A DNA stretch of 64,000 nt, from the NCBI GenBank assembly GCA_965218435.1, contig CBDCKW010000009.1:2112001-2176000 (forward strand), written 5' to 3'. The notes below the pieces were generated by a model. It was not told the DNA's origin, searched no databases, and saw only the letters and a program-made list of their open reading frames with translations. The stretch's first letter is position 1; every line of letters begins with the position of its first letter. The stretch comes from Truepera sp. (GTDB taxonomy: Bacteria; Deinococcota; Deinococci; Deinococcales; Trueperaceae). The translations under genes and the position numbers were made by a program. Positions 9,911 to 19,860 of this stretch are shown here, piece by piece.

Positions 9911-10484
9911 AGCGGCCCAGATCAAACGTGTCACGAATGAGACGCAGCTCGAGGTCACCTTAGACCTGGACGCACCCGCGGGCGGTGCGGCGGCGACCGG
10001 GCACGGCTTCTTGGACCATATGTTAGAGCAGCTCATCCGTCACGGCGCGTTTGCGCTCTCCGTTAAGGGACAGGGCGACCTGCACGTAGATGTGCATCAC
10101 TTAGCCGAGGACACCGGCATCACCCTCGGACAGGCGTTTGCCGAAGCTTTAGGCGACAAAAAAGGTATCGCCCGTTACGCCGACGCCTTCATCCCGATGG
10201 ACGAAACACTCGCCCACGTCGTGCTCGATTTTTCCGGACGACCCTGGTTGTCGTTTGAGCCCGCCGGGTTTGAAGGCAGCGCGGGCGGCTTCAACGTTCA
10301 CCATCTGCGCGAACTCTTACGTGGGTTTTGCAACCACGCAGGCGTGACGATGCACGTACGGGTGCTCTCAGGTATTGAGGTCCATCACGTCAGCGAAGCG
10401 ATTGTGAAGGCGTGGGCGCGGGCGCTGCACGAAGCGACGCGCGTCGTTTCGGATACGCTGCCGTCAACCAAAGGAACCTTGTGA
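9903..10484 (+). CDS. hisB: Imidazoleglycerol-phosphate dehydratase
   Basis: FLDHML, DVHHLAED, PMDE and HHVSEA motifs. Confidence 0.96.
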   Translation: MARAAQIKRVTNETQLEVTLDLDAPAGGAAATGHGFLDHMLEQLIRHGAFALSVKGQGDLHVDVHHLAEDTGITLGQAFAEALGDKKGIARYADAFIPMDETLAHVVLDFSGRPWLSFEPAGFEGSAGGFNVHHLRELLRGFCNHAGVTMHVRVLSGIEVHHVSEAIVKAWARALHEATRVVSDTLPSTKGTL

Positions 10485-11131
10485 GCAGGGTGAACGTCGC
10501 GCTGCTCGATTACGGCGCGAGCAATCTGCACAGCGTTTTCAAGGCATTACAGCGCAGCGGAGCTGAGGTCACTATCGCAGCTGACCCTACCGTCGTAGAA
10601 CGGGCCGACGCGCTCGTGTTACCGGGGCAAGGGCACTTTCGGCAGGTGATGGAAGCGTTTTTGGCGTCCGGCTTTGAAGGGGTGGTGCGGGCGCACATCG
10701 CAGCGGAAAAGCCTTTTTTGGGTATCTGTGTGGGGTTGCAGCTGTTGATGAGTGGGTCTGAAGAAGCTCCCGGCGTACCGGGGCTGGGACTTTTACCCGG
10801 CACCGTTAAACGCTTTCCCAAAGGCGTCAGCGTCCCGCAGATGGGTTGGAATCAGCTTTTTAAGACAGGTGACCCGGCACTCTTAGAAGGCATTCCCGAC
10901 GGCGCATTCGCCTATTTTGCCAACTCGTACTATGTCGAGTTTGAGGGCGAAAGCGTTCCGGGTGCGACGACCGAATACGGCGGTGTAGCGTTTAAGAGTG
11001 CGGTTTCTGCGGGGCAGCTTTACGCCACGCAGTTTCACCCGGAGAAAAGTCAGACAGTTGGGCTCAAGGTACTGGCGAACTTTTGTGCGCTGGCTTTGGG
11101 CTCCCAACCTGCCGCATCAGCAAAAGTTTAG
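10481..11131 (+). CDS. hisH: Imidazole glycerol phosphate synthase, glutaminase subunit
   Basis: LGICVGLQ, PQMGWN and QFHPEKS motifs. GTG start overlaps the hisB stop. Confidence 0.95.
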   Translation: MSRVNVALLDYGASNLHSVFKALQRSGAEVTIAADPTVVERADALVLPGQGHFRQVMEAFLASGFEGVVRAHIAAEKPFLGICVGLQLLMSGSEEAPGVPGLGLLPGTVKRFPKGVSVPQMGWNQLFKTGDPALLEGIPDGAFAYFANSYYVEFEGESVPGATTEYGGVAFKSAVSAGQLYATQFHPEKSQTVGLKVLANFCALALGSQPAASAKV

Positions 11132-11270
11132 TGCGGCCTCGAGACAATCCTTCACACTTTTATTCGCTCGAGGCAGCAGGTAGGTAAAACAGCAGATCGA
11201 GCGCGGGGAGTTTAATGCCTTGCTTGCATCCGCACGAGCGTGATAGCAAAGATACCCTTCGCCTAAGTGC

Positions 11271-11816
11271 TCATAGCCCAGCGCCGCCAAGCCGCTTGAT
11301 TTCTCGGTCCGCCAGATAAAACAGCAAGTCGAGCGTAGGGGGTTGAATGCCTTGTGTGCGCAGCAGCGCAGCAATCTGCGCGGTGTGACGCATCTCATGA
11401 ATGGCCACGTGCCACAGCAAACCGTCTACCGTAAACTGCAACCCTCGCCAGTCCTCCGGGGTGACGGCCCGACCCAAGTCAGCGTCAGTCAGTGTGGGTA
11501 GGAAGTTCAGGGTGTTCTCTTCGACAGCTTGCCAGTAGCGCAGCAGCTCCACAAGAGGCGTATGGGCTGGCATGGGGCCTTCGGCGATGGCCTCGAGCTC
11601 AGGAAAGCGCTTCAGCACAGGCTCGCGCTCCCGAATATCGAGGTTGACCCAGCCATCTTCGACGATAGCGATATGTAAAACGAGGTCCTTGATACTATGA
11701 AAGCGCTCGCCCTGGAGCAGCGGAAGGGCTAGAACGTCGTCGGGGAGTGCCTCGAGCGCCGCCCACACCTTCCGGCGGTTCGCCGTGAGGTAGTCGTAGG
11801 TTTCAGAAATGTTCAT
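11271..11816 (-). CDS. DinB family protein
   Basis: SIKDLVLHI and HVAIHEMRHTAQI metal-binding histidines. Confidence 0.88.
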   Translation of the reverse strand: MNISETYDYLTANRRKVWAALEALPDDVLALPLLQGERFHSIKDLVLHIAIVEDGWVNLDIREREPVLKRFPELEAIAEGPMPAHTPLVELLRYWQAVEENTLNFLPTLTDADLGRAVTPEDWRGLQFTVDGLLWHVAIHEMRHTAQIAALLRTQGIQPPTLDLLFYLADREIKRLGGAGL

Positions 11817-12118
11817 ACCTGCCTCCTTTTAGAAGTGCCGACCTCGAGTCTTACTCTTACAGTGTCACCTTCCTCGAGTTTTTCCGCCTTACGAACGCTG
11901 AGCTTGACGGGTACGAGATAGAGGCCATCCTTAGGCCATAGTGAGGTCTTCCAAACTGTCGCGCCGATAGAAGCTTTGACCGGAATCATGCCCCAACCGT
12001 AAGTCACCCATTTTGAAACGTCCCGCAGAACTTCGCACTCTTCCGCTGGTACAGGGACGAAGAAAAACGGAGCGGGGCCACGCCAGTACCAGAGGTTGCC
12101 GCTGAACTCGAGGCTCAC
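11813..12118 (-). CDS. DUF1905 family protein
   Basis: WYWRGPAPFFFV, WGMIPV, TSLWPKDG and VPVK motifs. Confidence 0.8.
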   Translation of the reverse strand: MSLEFSGNLWYWRGPAPFFFVPVPAEECEVLRDVSKWVTYGWGMIPVKASIGATVWKTSLWPKDGLYLVPVKLSVRKAEKLEEGDTVRVRLEVGTSKRRQV

Positions 12119-12621
12119 TTATCCACCTTCTTGCCTCTCCAAACATCCCAGGTTTTCGGCCCGGCTTCTTCATCGCTGATCGGCTGGCCTGCTACTTTGA
12201 GGGCCAGTTTGATCTGACCGTGATGATAGCCCTCGTGCCACAGCAAGAGCTGGAGCATCAAGACCGGATGATCGTAATTAAGGTCCATACCCCGACCTGC
12301 TAATACTCTGCCCTTCACCGCTTCCCGTACCGCCTCGGCGCTGCCGTCAAGCATCTGCGCAATGCGGTCGCGGTCATGCTCGACCCGCCACTCCTCTTCG
12401 GGTACGTTCCTGGCAAATTCGGGAGCTTCCTCGAAGACAGACACAAGCCGCTCATGGTGGATGTGTGTAAACATCTCTGGGACAGACGGGCTATTTCCCG
12501 TCGCCTTGGCCTCCAAACCGCCATCTGGCAGAGCGCGGAGCAGGTTGAGCATGATGGTGTTGTTCCGGTCCCATGAGTCTAAGACGGCCTCGAGCAAACT
12601 TCCGTCCGGTTCGTACGACAT
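12115..12621 (-). CDS. DinB family protein
   Basis: MFTHIH and WHEGYHHGQIKLALK motifs. Confidence 0.85.
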   Translation of the reverse strand: MSYEPDGSLLEAVLDSWDRNNTIMLNLLRALPDGGLEAKATGNSPSVPEMFTHIHHERLVSVFEEAPEFARNVPEEEWRVEHDRDRIAQMLDGSAEAVREAVKGRVLAGRGMDLNYDHPVLMLQLLLWHEGYHHGQIKLALKVAGQPISDEEAGPKTWDVWRGKKVDK

Positions 12622-12688
12622 AGCCGCACCTCCATATGCTTGTACAGAAAAAAGTTACGTTGCTACTTTATCAGCGCGTTTCGTACCA

Positions 12689-12913
12689 CTATTTGACATT
12701 GCTCCTGATACCTTTAAGCTCGACTGGTAGCGGGTAGCTACCGGGCTCGAGCCAAGTCGCCAAGCTAATTAGGGTAAACGCTAAACGCTGCCTAGCTGAA
12801 GGTTGAGAACGTCTGAACTCCCGAAGCGCGTCATCCGTGGCTGCACGCGCCTCATGAACCCGCATCTTTCTCTGCGCTTCTTTTAACAAGAACTGCTCGT
12901 CAAACCGGTGCAT
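12689..12913 (-). CDS. Small hypothetical protein (74 aa)
   Basis: GGAGG RBS at 12918-12922. Similar to the peptide starting at 13983. Confidence 0.6.
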   Translation of the reverse strand: MHRFDEQFLLKEAQRKMRVHEARAATDDALREFRRSQPSARQRLAFTLISLATWLEPGSYPLPVELKGIRSNVK

Positions 12914-12954
12914 GGTGCCTCCTCTTTAAGCCCAAAGCTGTACCAGAATCGGTT

Positions 12955-13854
12955 CTACCAAGCTTTAGCGTTCGGTTTCTGTTTTGCTGCAACTGCAAGA
13001 ATCACACCTGCCAGAATGATCCATACACCCACAACTCCAGTCCCTGAAAGCGTCTCGCCTACTAACCCCACGCCTAAAAGCACAGCTACCACCGGGTTGA
13101 CGTACGCGTAGCTACCAAGGAGTGCGGGTCGAACCTCCCGGCCTAACAGATAGACATACGCGCTGTACGCGAGCAGCGAACCGAAGGTGATGAGATACAG
13201 CAGGGCGAGGCTCGAGTTCAAAGACGGAATCCGAATTAGGCGCTCGCCGCGCAGCAGCGCAATGGGGACAAGCACCAGGCCCGCGATAACCATCTGCGTG
13301 GCACTTGCCATCAGACCGGATGGTTGACGGAGGCTTCGACTCCATACCGAGCCGAGCGCCCAACTAATTGGGGCAAGAAAGAGCAGGGCTGCTGCAGCGT
13401 AGTTCGTTCGCAGGTCGGCCTCTTGGTTTAGGAGCACGACCCCAGTGAGGCCGACGATCATGCCCAGCCACTCGAGCCGTCCAACCCGTACCCCCTGAAA
13501 ACGTATAAAGAGGGTGTACCAAAGTGGCATAGTAGAGACTGTCACCGCCACCACACCCGAAGCGACGCCCATCTCCTCTGCTAGGGTAGCACTTCCCAAG
13601 CCTCCTACTAAGAGAAGCGTGCCGACAATGGTCGCGCCACGCCACTGTATCAAGGTAGGATGAGGTGCACCGCGTATGCGGAGAAAAAGGTAGAGAAGCC
13701 CTCCTGCGACCAAGAAACGCCCTGCTAACATGAGGTAAGGAGGAAGTGTCTCAACCGCGACCTTAATTGCGAGGTAGGTCGAGCCCCATACCAGGTAAAG
13801 TATGCCCAGCGCAAAGGTGACGCCGAATAGTGTGGTTCGGGTAGAGGTTTTCAT
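12955..13854 (-). CDS. EamA/DMT family transporter (YedA-like)
   Basis: YLVWGSTYLAI and YAYVNPVVAVLLG motifs, about 10 TM segments. ATG at 13854 has a GGAGG RBS; an in-frame extension reaches TTG 13983. Confidence 0.9.
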   Translation of the reverse strand: MKTSTRTTLFGVTFALGILYLVWGSTYLAIKVAVETLPPYLMLAGRFLVAGGLLYLFLRIRGAPHPTLIQWRGATIVGTLLLVGGLGSATLAEEMGVASGVVAVTVSTMPLWYTLFIRFQGVRVGRLEWLGMIVGLTGVVLLNQEADLRTNYAAAALLFLAPISWALGSVWSRSLRQPSGLMASATQMVIAGLVLVPIALLRGERLIRIPSLNSSLALLYLITFGSLLAYSAYVYLLGREVRPALLGSYAYVNPVVAVLLGVGLVGETLSGTGVVGVWIILAGVILAVAAKQKPNAKAW

Positions 13855-14040
13855 GCATCCTCCCTCTTGCGTTACTTGTGAAGCTTTAAGGTCTCTTAGT
13901 ACATGCGCCTGAGCCGAGCGGCGTTCATACAACCGCTGTTTGGTCTCTGCCTCTTGAAGTAAAAAGCTCTCGTGAAACTGCAAAATAACGCCTCCTGATT
14001 TCAAGGTTAGCGCCGCATCAGGTTAGAATCAGTCCTAATT

Positions 14041-14991
14041 ATGTATCACCCCAGCACCCGGCTTTTGACCATTTTGGAACTGCTGCAAGCACGCGGACGG
14101 ATGAGCGGGCCGGAGCTGGCGACTCGGCTCGAGGTCAGCCCCCGGAGCGTGCGGCGTTACGTCGCCATGCTGCAAGACATGGGCATTCCTGTTGAAGGTG
14201 AACGGGGGCGCTATGGGCAATACCGCTTGCGGTCCGGTTACAAGCTGCCCCCTTTGATGTTCGATAACGATGAGGCGTTGGCGGTCACTGCAGGCTTGCT
14301 GCTCGTCCGACGTAGTGGTGGATTGGTTGAACCGAGCACCACCGAGCGCACGCTCGCCAAACTCAGTCGGGTCTTACCTGAAGGCTTACGCGAGCAAGTC
14401 ACGGCGCTGCAAGAAACGCTGGTGCTCGATACGCCGCCCGGTCAAACTTTACCCAAGCGTGAGCAGCTGGCTGTGCTAAGTCAAGGTGTCAAAGCGCGTC
14501 GCCGGGTGTGGCTGCACTACCTAAACGAGCAAGGTAGCGCGACCGAGCGGGACTTCGACCCCTACGGCGTAGTGCAGTATGGGGGTCGCTGGTATACCGC
14601 CGGGTACTGCCATTTACGGCGAGGGCTCAGGGTGTTTCGGATAGACCGGACGGGTGAGGTACGGCTGTTGGAGCACACTTTTGAACGACCCATAGACTTC
14701 GATGCGTTTGAATACGTCAGCCGTTCAGTCGCATTAGTGCCACTCACTTACGCTGCGGAGGTGCTGCTCAAAACAAATCTGGAAAACGCTAAACGAGAAC
14801 TATATCCGAACTTTGTGACCTTGGAACGGGTCCCGGAAGGCGTTATCTTACGCTGCACGGCAGACAGCCTCGGCTGGTTGGCACGGCTTATCGCCGGGTT
14901 CAGTTTCGCCTGGGAGGTGAGGGGGCCACCTGAACTCGAGGTCGCGCTGAGGGAACACGTAACGGGGCTGCTCGAGCAACTCGGAGGCTAA
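14041..14991 (+). CDS. YafY-family HTH-WYL transcriptional regulator
   Basis: N-terminal wHTH (LEVSPRSVRRYV), WY.AGYCHLR and FRIDR WYL motifs, WCX tail. Confidence 0.93.
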   Translation: MYHPSTRLLTILELLQARGRMSGPELATRLEVSPRSVRRYVAMLQDMGIPVEGERGRYGQYRLRSGYKLPPLMFDNDEALAVTAGLLLVRRSGGLVEPSTTERTLAKLSRVLPEGLREQVTALQETLVLDTPPGQTLPKREQLAVLSQGVKARRRVWLHYLNEQGSATERDFDPYGVVQYGGRWYTAGYCHLRRGLRVFRIDRTGEVRLLEHTFERPIDFDAFEYVSRSVALVPLTYAAEVLLKTNLENAKRELYPNFVTLERVPEGVILRCTADSLGWLARLIAGFSFAWEVRGPPELEVALREHVTGLLEQLGG

Positions 14992-15080
14992 CAGAAGGTA
15001 ATGTGCTTGACGCATGTGAGGACGGCACCCAAAATCTCATTTTGGCGTTCTCGTAAGTTATGACCCGGCAAAAGCAGAAC

Positions 15081-15875
15081 CTAACGCAACCCCTCCGGCG
15101 TCAGCGCCACCTCGAGCCGCCCCAACGCAAAGTCCGCCGTGAGCGCCAACAGCGCCACCGGTACCGCGCCCTCGAGCACGTACGCTAAATTGCCTGTCGT
15201 CAGACCGGCGATGATCGGCACACCGAGCCCGCCCGCCCCGATAATCGGCGCAACCGTCGCGGTCCCAACCGTATAGACGGTGCTGGTGCGAACACCCGCT
15301 AAAATCACGCGGGTAGCCAAGGGCAGCTCGAGCCGAAACACCCGCTCCCACGGGGTCATCCCCATCCCGGCAGCAGCTTCTTTGAGGGTCGCAGGAACAG
15401 CCTCGAGGCCCGCCACCGCATTTCGGGTGACCGGCAAGAGTCCGTACACGACGAGCGCAATCAGCGTCGGGCGGAGGCCGAAGCCGAACGACGGCAACGC
15501 GAGCGCCAAAATTGCAATCGGTGGGAAGGTCTGACCGACCGACAGGAGCGATGAGACGAGCGGTAAAAACGCTCGGCCTTGGGGCCGCGTCAACCAGACA
15601 CTCAGTGGGAGGCTGATCACGAGCACAATCCCGAGTGAAATCCCGACGAGTTGCAGGTGTTGCAACGAGAGCTGCAAGAGCGTCGCACGTTCAAAGAGCA
15701 CCGCCCGATTTTCCGGAAAAAGCCAGCGGAGCGCCGCGCCCCACCACGCTTGCTGCGCGAACAGTAAAAAGAGCAGGGCAAAGACGCCGACCGCCAGCAC
15801 AAGCTGTAAAAGTGCCCGGTTCCTGGCTGAGACCCGCTGCCCGGAAAAAGCCGCTGTAGGTGTGCTCGTACTCAT
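15081..15875 (-). CDS. Osmoprotectant ABC transporter permease
   Basis: QTFPPIAI and the EAA loop EAAAGMGM. Confidence 0.9.
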   Translation of the reverse strand: MSTSTPTAAFSGQRVSARNRALLQLVLAVGVFALLFLLFAQQAWWGAALRWLFPENRAVLFERATLLQLSLQHLQLVGISLGIVLVISLPLSVWLTRPQGRAFLPLVSSLLSVGQTFPPIAILALALPSFGFGLRPTLIALVVYGLLPVTRNAVAGLEAVPATLKEAAAGMGMTPWERVFRLELPLATRVILAGVRTSTVYTVGTATVAPIIGAGGLGVPIIAGLTTGNLAYVLEGAVPVALLALTADFALGRLEVALTPEGLR

Positions 15876-16987
15876 GCGGCCGCCACGTCCCGCTGTGTTT
15901 CGGTCTGGGTTTTGGTCACCTCGAGGATCGCAGCCAGACCGAGCAGTCCGACAAGTTCACCCGCTTGGTTGACGACCGGCATTTCAGTCACCCCTTGCCC
16001 GAGCAGTTTGGCGAGCGCACCCCGTACGTCATCATGTTCTTCAACCCCGTAGCCCCCGGTTACTTCCGTATAAGCGCGTTCGATCACCGTCTCGTGGGCA
16101 AACGCGCGGCGGTCGAGCCAACCTACAAGCTTGCCTGAACGCGTCACGTAAACCGTCTCGTGCTGCGCCAGCGCAACCTCGGCGTCTTCGGCGGAGGCGC
16201 TCAGCTCGAGCGACACCACCGGTTTCAGCAGGTCGCGGACCCGTACGCGGCTCAGGCGTTTTAAGGCGCGGTCGGCCCCGACGAACTGCCGGACAAAGCG
16301 GGAGGCGGGGTCGCGCAACACCTCGTCGGGCGTCCCGAACTGCTCGACCGTCCCGATATTCATCACGCAGATACGGTCACCGAGTTTGATCGCTTCGTCA
16401 ATGTCGTGCGTGACCATCACCACGGTCTTTTTCAGCTCCGCCTGGATACGCAGAAACTCCTCTTGGAGCCGCTCGCGCGTCAGCGGGTCCACCGCGCCGA
16501 AGGGCTCGTCCATTAAGAGAACCGGCGGGTCCACCGCGAGCGCCCGTGCGACGCCGACACGCTGCGCCTGACCGCCGGAAAGTTCTTTGGGATAGGCTGA
16601 GGCGTAGCGCCCTGGCTCGAGGCCGATAATATCAAGCAGCTCATGCGCCCGCTCAGCACTCCGCTTTTTGGGCCAACCGAGCAGCTTAGGGACGACCTCG
16701 ATATTTTCTTCGACGGTCATATGCGGAAACAAGCCGATACTCTGAATCACGTAACCGATGCCGCGCCGCAGCTCTTCCGGGTTCGCCTTGGTCACGTCTT
16801 TGTCCCCGATCAAAATACGGCCGCTCGTAGGTTCAATCAAGCGGTTGATCATCTTTAAGGTCGTCGTTTTGCCGCACCCGGACGGCCCGATCAGGACCGT
16901 CAGCTCACCGTCACCAAAGGTCAGCGTCACGTCTTTGACCGCCACCTGCTCACCGTAGCGTTTAGTTATCCCCTCGAGCCTGATCAT
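15872..16987 (-). CDS. Osmoprotectant ABC transporter ATPase with CBS-like tail
   Basis: GPSGCGKT, LSGGQ and MDEPFGAVD motifs. Confidence 0.93.
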   Translation of the reverse strand: MIRLEGITKRYGEQVAVKDVTLTFGDGELTVLIGPSGCGKTTTLKMINRLIEPTSGRILIGDKDVTKANPEELRRGIGYVIQSIGLFPHMTVEENIEVVPKLLGWPKKRSAERAHELLDIIGLEPGRYASAYPKELSGGQAQRVGVARALAVDPPVLLMDEPFGAVDPLTRERLQEEFLRIQAELKKTVVMVTHDIDEAIKLGDRICVMNIGTVEQFGTPDEVLRDPASRFVRQFVGADRALKRLSRVRVRDLLKPVVSLELSASAEDAEVALAQHETVYVTRSGKLVGWLDRRAFAHETVIERAYTEVTGGYGVEEHDDVRGALAKLLGQGVTEMPVVNQAGELVGLLGLAAILEVTKTQTETQRDVAAA

Positions 16988-17003
16988 CTCTCTCCTCTAC
17001 CCA

Positions 17004-18440
17004 TCAGCGTATCCCCTGCGGCGTCACCAACTGGCCAAGCCCACGCAAGAGCGCGTCAGCCAAAAGCGCCAGGGCGATAATCGGCAGCGCCCCGAGCAAG
17101 ATAAGGTCGGGGACCTGCTGTGAAATCCCGTTTTGAATAAAGACCCCGAGCCCCCCGGCTCCGATTAAAAAGGCGACGGTCGCAATCCCGATGGTCAGCA
17201 CCGCCGAAGCCCGCACCCCTTCCATGATGAGCGGGAGCGCGAGGGGCAGTTCGACGCGGCGCAAAATTTGGCCCGCGCTCATCCCCATGCCGCGGCCCGC
17301 TTCGGTCGCGGCGCGCGGCACCTCTTTAATGCCGGTATAGGTGTTGCGGATGATCGGCAAAAAGGCGTAAAGCGTCAGGGCAATGAGCGCGGGCGCAGTC
17401 CCGATACCCCGGACGCCGAGGCTCGAGAGCGGAGCCGACAAGCTGTTGGGAAGGTCCAGCCGCGAGAAGTTGAGGCTGAATACCGCGACGAATAGATCGT
17501 TAAGCACTACCGCGACGATGACCGTCAGGAGCAAGACCGGCAACAGGGCGATGAGCAGCGTCAACACCGTTACGACATTCTGAACCCAGCCGGACGTGCG
17601 CCGTGCCAGCAATCCGACTCCGGCTGCTACCAACCCACCGCTGACGCAAAAAAGGAGCGCCTGCCCAACTGTGACATTGCTGCCGAGCCGCGCCAGCGGC
17701 AAGAGCATGATGCCGAACAGTGCGAGCGAAGGAATCGTCTGTAAAAAGCTGGCAGTCGGCAACACGAGCCGCGCCGCTTCTGCCCGCCGCGCGGCCCAGA
17801 TCGCCGCCGGAATCCCGATGGCGCACGCGAGCAGTACCGAAGTTCCGGCGAGGGCCAGATGGCGGAGCACTTCGGCGCTGAAATCACCGCCCTGCGAGGC
17901 GAGTTCTTGACTTAAGCCGACGCTCCCAAAGGTCCCGGCAAAGGTGAGTCCGAGAGCGATCAGCGGCCCCGGCAAGACCAGCAAAAGACGGGTTCGACCC
18001 GTTTGCGGCGCGTCACCAAGCGACCCAAAAATACCGATGTAGTAGGCCAAAAGCGTCAGCCAGACACCGCTTTGCAGCGACACGCGGGCGCGTTCGGGGT
18101 CGGACGTAGCGGCTAACAGGGCGCTCGAGCCCCCGCCCACCAAGAGCAACCCGAGCGTAAGCGCGGCGGTGCAAAGTAGCGCCAACACCCAAGCGCGGCC
18201 CCGAAACCGGACGAAGCTGACAAGGAGCAGCAGCGCCCACACGCCTAACAGCGCGTAGGTGTAACTGTGGGCGGGCTCAGGTAGGGCGAGCGCACGGTAC
18301 ACGTCCCCGGCGACCAAGCGGTTGGCTTTTAGCAGGAGCCAGTTCGGGCCTACAACCGGTAAGAGAACGAGCAACCCCAAAACCGCCGCCAACCCCGTGA
18401 TGCGGTTGAGCCGGTCGCTATAGGCTGGTGACGTAAGCAT
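17004..18440 (-). CDS. Osmoprotectant ABC transporter permease (extended, YehY-like)
   Basis: QTIPSLALFG, EAGRGMGM and many TM segments. Confidence 0.88.
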   Translation of the reverse strand: MLTSPAYSDRLNRITGLAAVLGLLVLLPVVGPNWLLLKANRLVAGDVYRALALPEPAHSYTYALLGVWALLLLVSFVRFRGRAWVLALLCTAALTLGLLLVGGGSSALLAATSDPERARVSLQSGVWLTLLAYYIGIFGSLGDAPQTGRTRLLLVLPGPLIALGLTFAGTFGSVGLSQELASQGGDFSAEVLRHLALAGTSVLLACAIGIPAAIWAARRAEAARLVLPTASFLQTIPSLALFGIMLLPLARLGSNVTVGQALLFCVSGGLVAAGVGLLARRTSGWVQNVVTVLTLLIALLPVLLLTVIVAVVLNDLFVAVFSLNFSRLDLPNSLSAPLSSLGVRGIGTAPALIALTLYAFLPIIRNTYTGIKEVPRAATEAGRGMGMSAGQILRRVELPLALPLIMEGVRASAVLTIGIATVAFLIGAGGLGVFIQNGISQQVPDLILLGALPIIALALLADALLRGLGQLVTPQGIR

Positions 18441-18620
18441 GTTATCTCCTCATATAGCAGGTATCATCCGGTTTGAGCTGATCCAAGTGAATAAAGGATA
18501 GTCTAGCACGCACGTTCTAAGATGATTCCCTTGGCAAAGCTAAAGTCGCCTAAGCGAGAACCCGGCTCAGTAACTATGGAAACCGCTTTATATATAAGAT
18601 GACTCAGTTTAGCAGCGAAC

Positions 18621-18653
18621 AAAAAGCGGGGCCGCCACGTACCGACCCCGCTT
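18621..18653 (-). terminator. Intrinsic terminator after the substrate-binding gene
   Basis: AAGCGGGGTCG...CGGCCCCGCTTTTT on the minus strand. Confidence 0.65.
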
Positions 18654-18670
18654 ACACCGCTGCGCTACGG

Positions 18671-19579
18671 TTATTTAAGAAAGCCGTTATCGCTTAAAAA
18701 GCTCTGCGCAACATCGGCGGGTTTCGCCCCGTCAACTGCAACCTGACCGTTGAGGTCTTGGAGGGTAGCCGCGTCGAGCGAAGCGAAAATCGGATTTAAG
18801 ATGTCACCAAGTTCCGGGTACTTGTCGGCCACCGGGGTACGCACCGCCGGAAAGGGTTGATAGATCGCCACTGCATTTTCCGGGTCGGTGAGCGTGACTA
18901 AGCTGAGCGCCGCGATGGTGCCGTCAGTCCCGTAAGCCATCGCTGCGTTGACACCGTCGGTGCCGTTGGCAGCGGCTGTTTCGGTCTGAGTCGTGTTCCC
19001 GCCTGCAAGGATAATGAGCTGATCATTCGTAACGTCAAAGCCGTAAGTCTTTTCAAACGCGGGCAGCGCGTCGGGGCGGTCAACGAACTCCTGGCTGGCT
19101 GCCAGCTTAAAGTCGCCGCCGTTACTGACATAACCGGCAAGGTCGGCCATCGTCTCGAGGCTGTTCTCATCGGCCAGGGTTTGCGGTACGGCAATCGCCC
19201 AAGTATTATTGGCCGGAGAACGGCCCAGGTCGGTCACGCCCGCTGCGGCGTCGAGTTTTTTAACGGTATTGTAAAGCTCTTGCGGTTTTGTCGAAATGTC
19301 TGCGGGAACGTCGGCGTTCGGATAAAAGGTCAAGGCCGAGCCGGTGTATTCCGGATACATGTCAATTTCACCGGCAAGCAGCGCCTCACGGACCACTGAA
19401 GTGGTACCGAAACCGCTCCGGTCGTTGACGGTAAAACCGTTTTGCTCGAGCATCAACCGCATGATCTGAGCTAACACCGTCCCCTCGGTATCAACTTTTG
19501 AACCAATCGTGACCGACCCCTTTTGCGCCAAACCGAATGACGCGGTAGCTAGTAGTAGACCTAATAAAACTTTGCGCAT
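18671..19579 (-). CDS. Osmoprotectant ABC substrate-binding protein (OsmF-like)
   Basis: Signal peptide MRKVLLG..., GSKVDTEG, YPEYTG and NNTWAIAV motifs. Confidence 0.9.
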   Translation of the reverse strand: MRKVLLGLLLATASFGLAQKGSVTIGSKVDTEGTVLAQIMRLMLEQNGFTVNDRSGFGTTSVVREALLAGEIDMYPEYTGSALTFYPNADVPADISTKPQELYNTVKKLDAAAGVTDLGRSPANNTWAIAVPQTLADENSLETMADLAGYVSNGGDFKLAASQEFVDRPDALPAFEKTYGFDVTNDQLIILAGGNTTQTETAAANGTDGVNAAMAYGTDGTIAALSLVTLTDPENAVAIYQPFPAVRTPVADKYPELGDILNPIFASLDAATLQDLNGQVAVDGAKPADVAQSFLSDNGFLK

Positions 19580-19860
19580 CACTGCCTCCTTGGGAATGCA
19601 TAACTTCGTACGTGACTTCTCTAACTTGCTTACGACTCGACTTGGTAAGGTCGCCGTCCGACCCACCCTGCCAGCCCCTAAACCCCGAAGTTACGTGAGT
19701 AAAGCACAGGCTGCAGGGTACCTTTGTCAGGTACCCTACGTTAATCTGCACGCCAAGCTGTACGAACCTGACCTCTTGCCAAAGCTCAGGCAAAATGTGT
19801 AGGCTAAACTATGTGTAACTTACACATTAGACGGCTAGAGGTAATTCCACAGGTAAGCCG

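Noticed and set aside
12641..12659. TGTACA-GAAAAAA-GTTACG as a third WYL operator before dinB
   Set aside because: Poor second half-site and different spacer; too weak to support.
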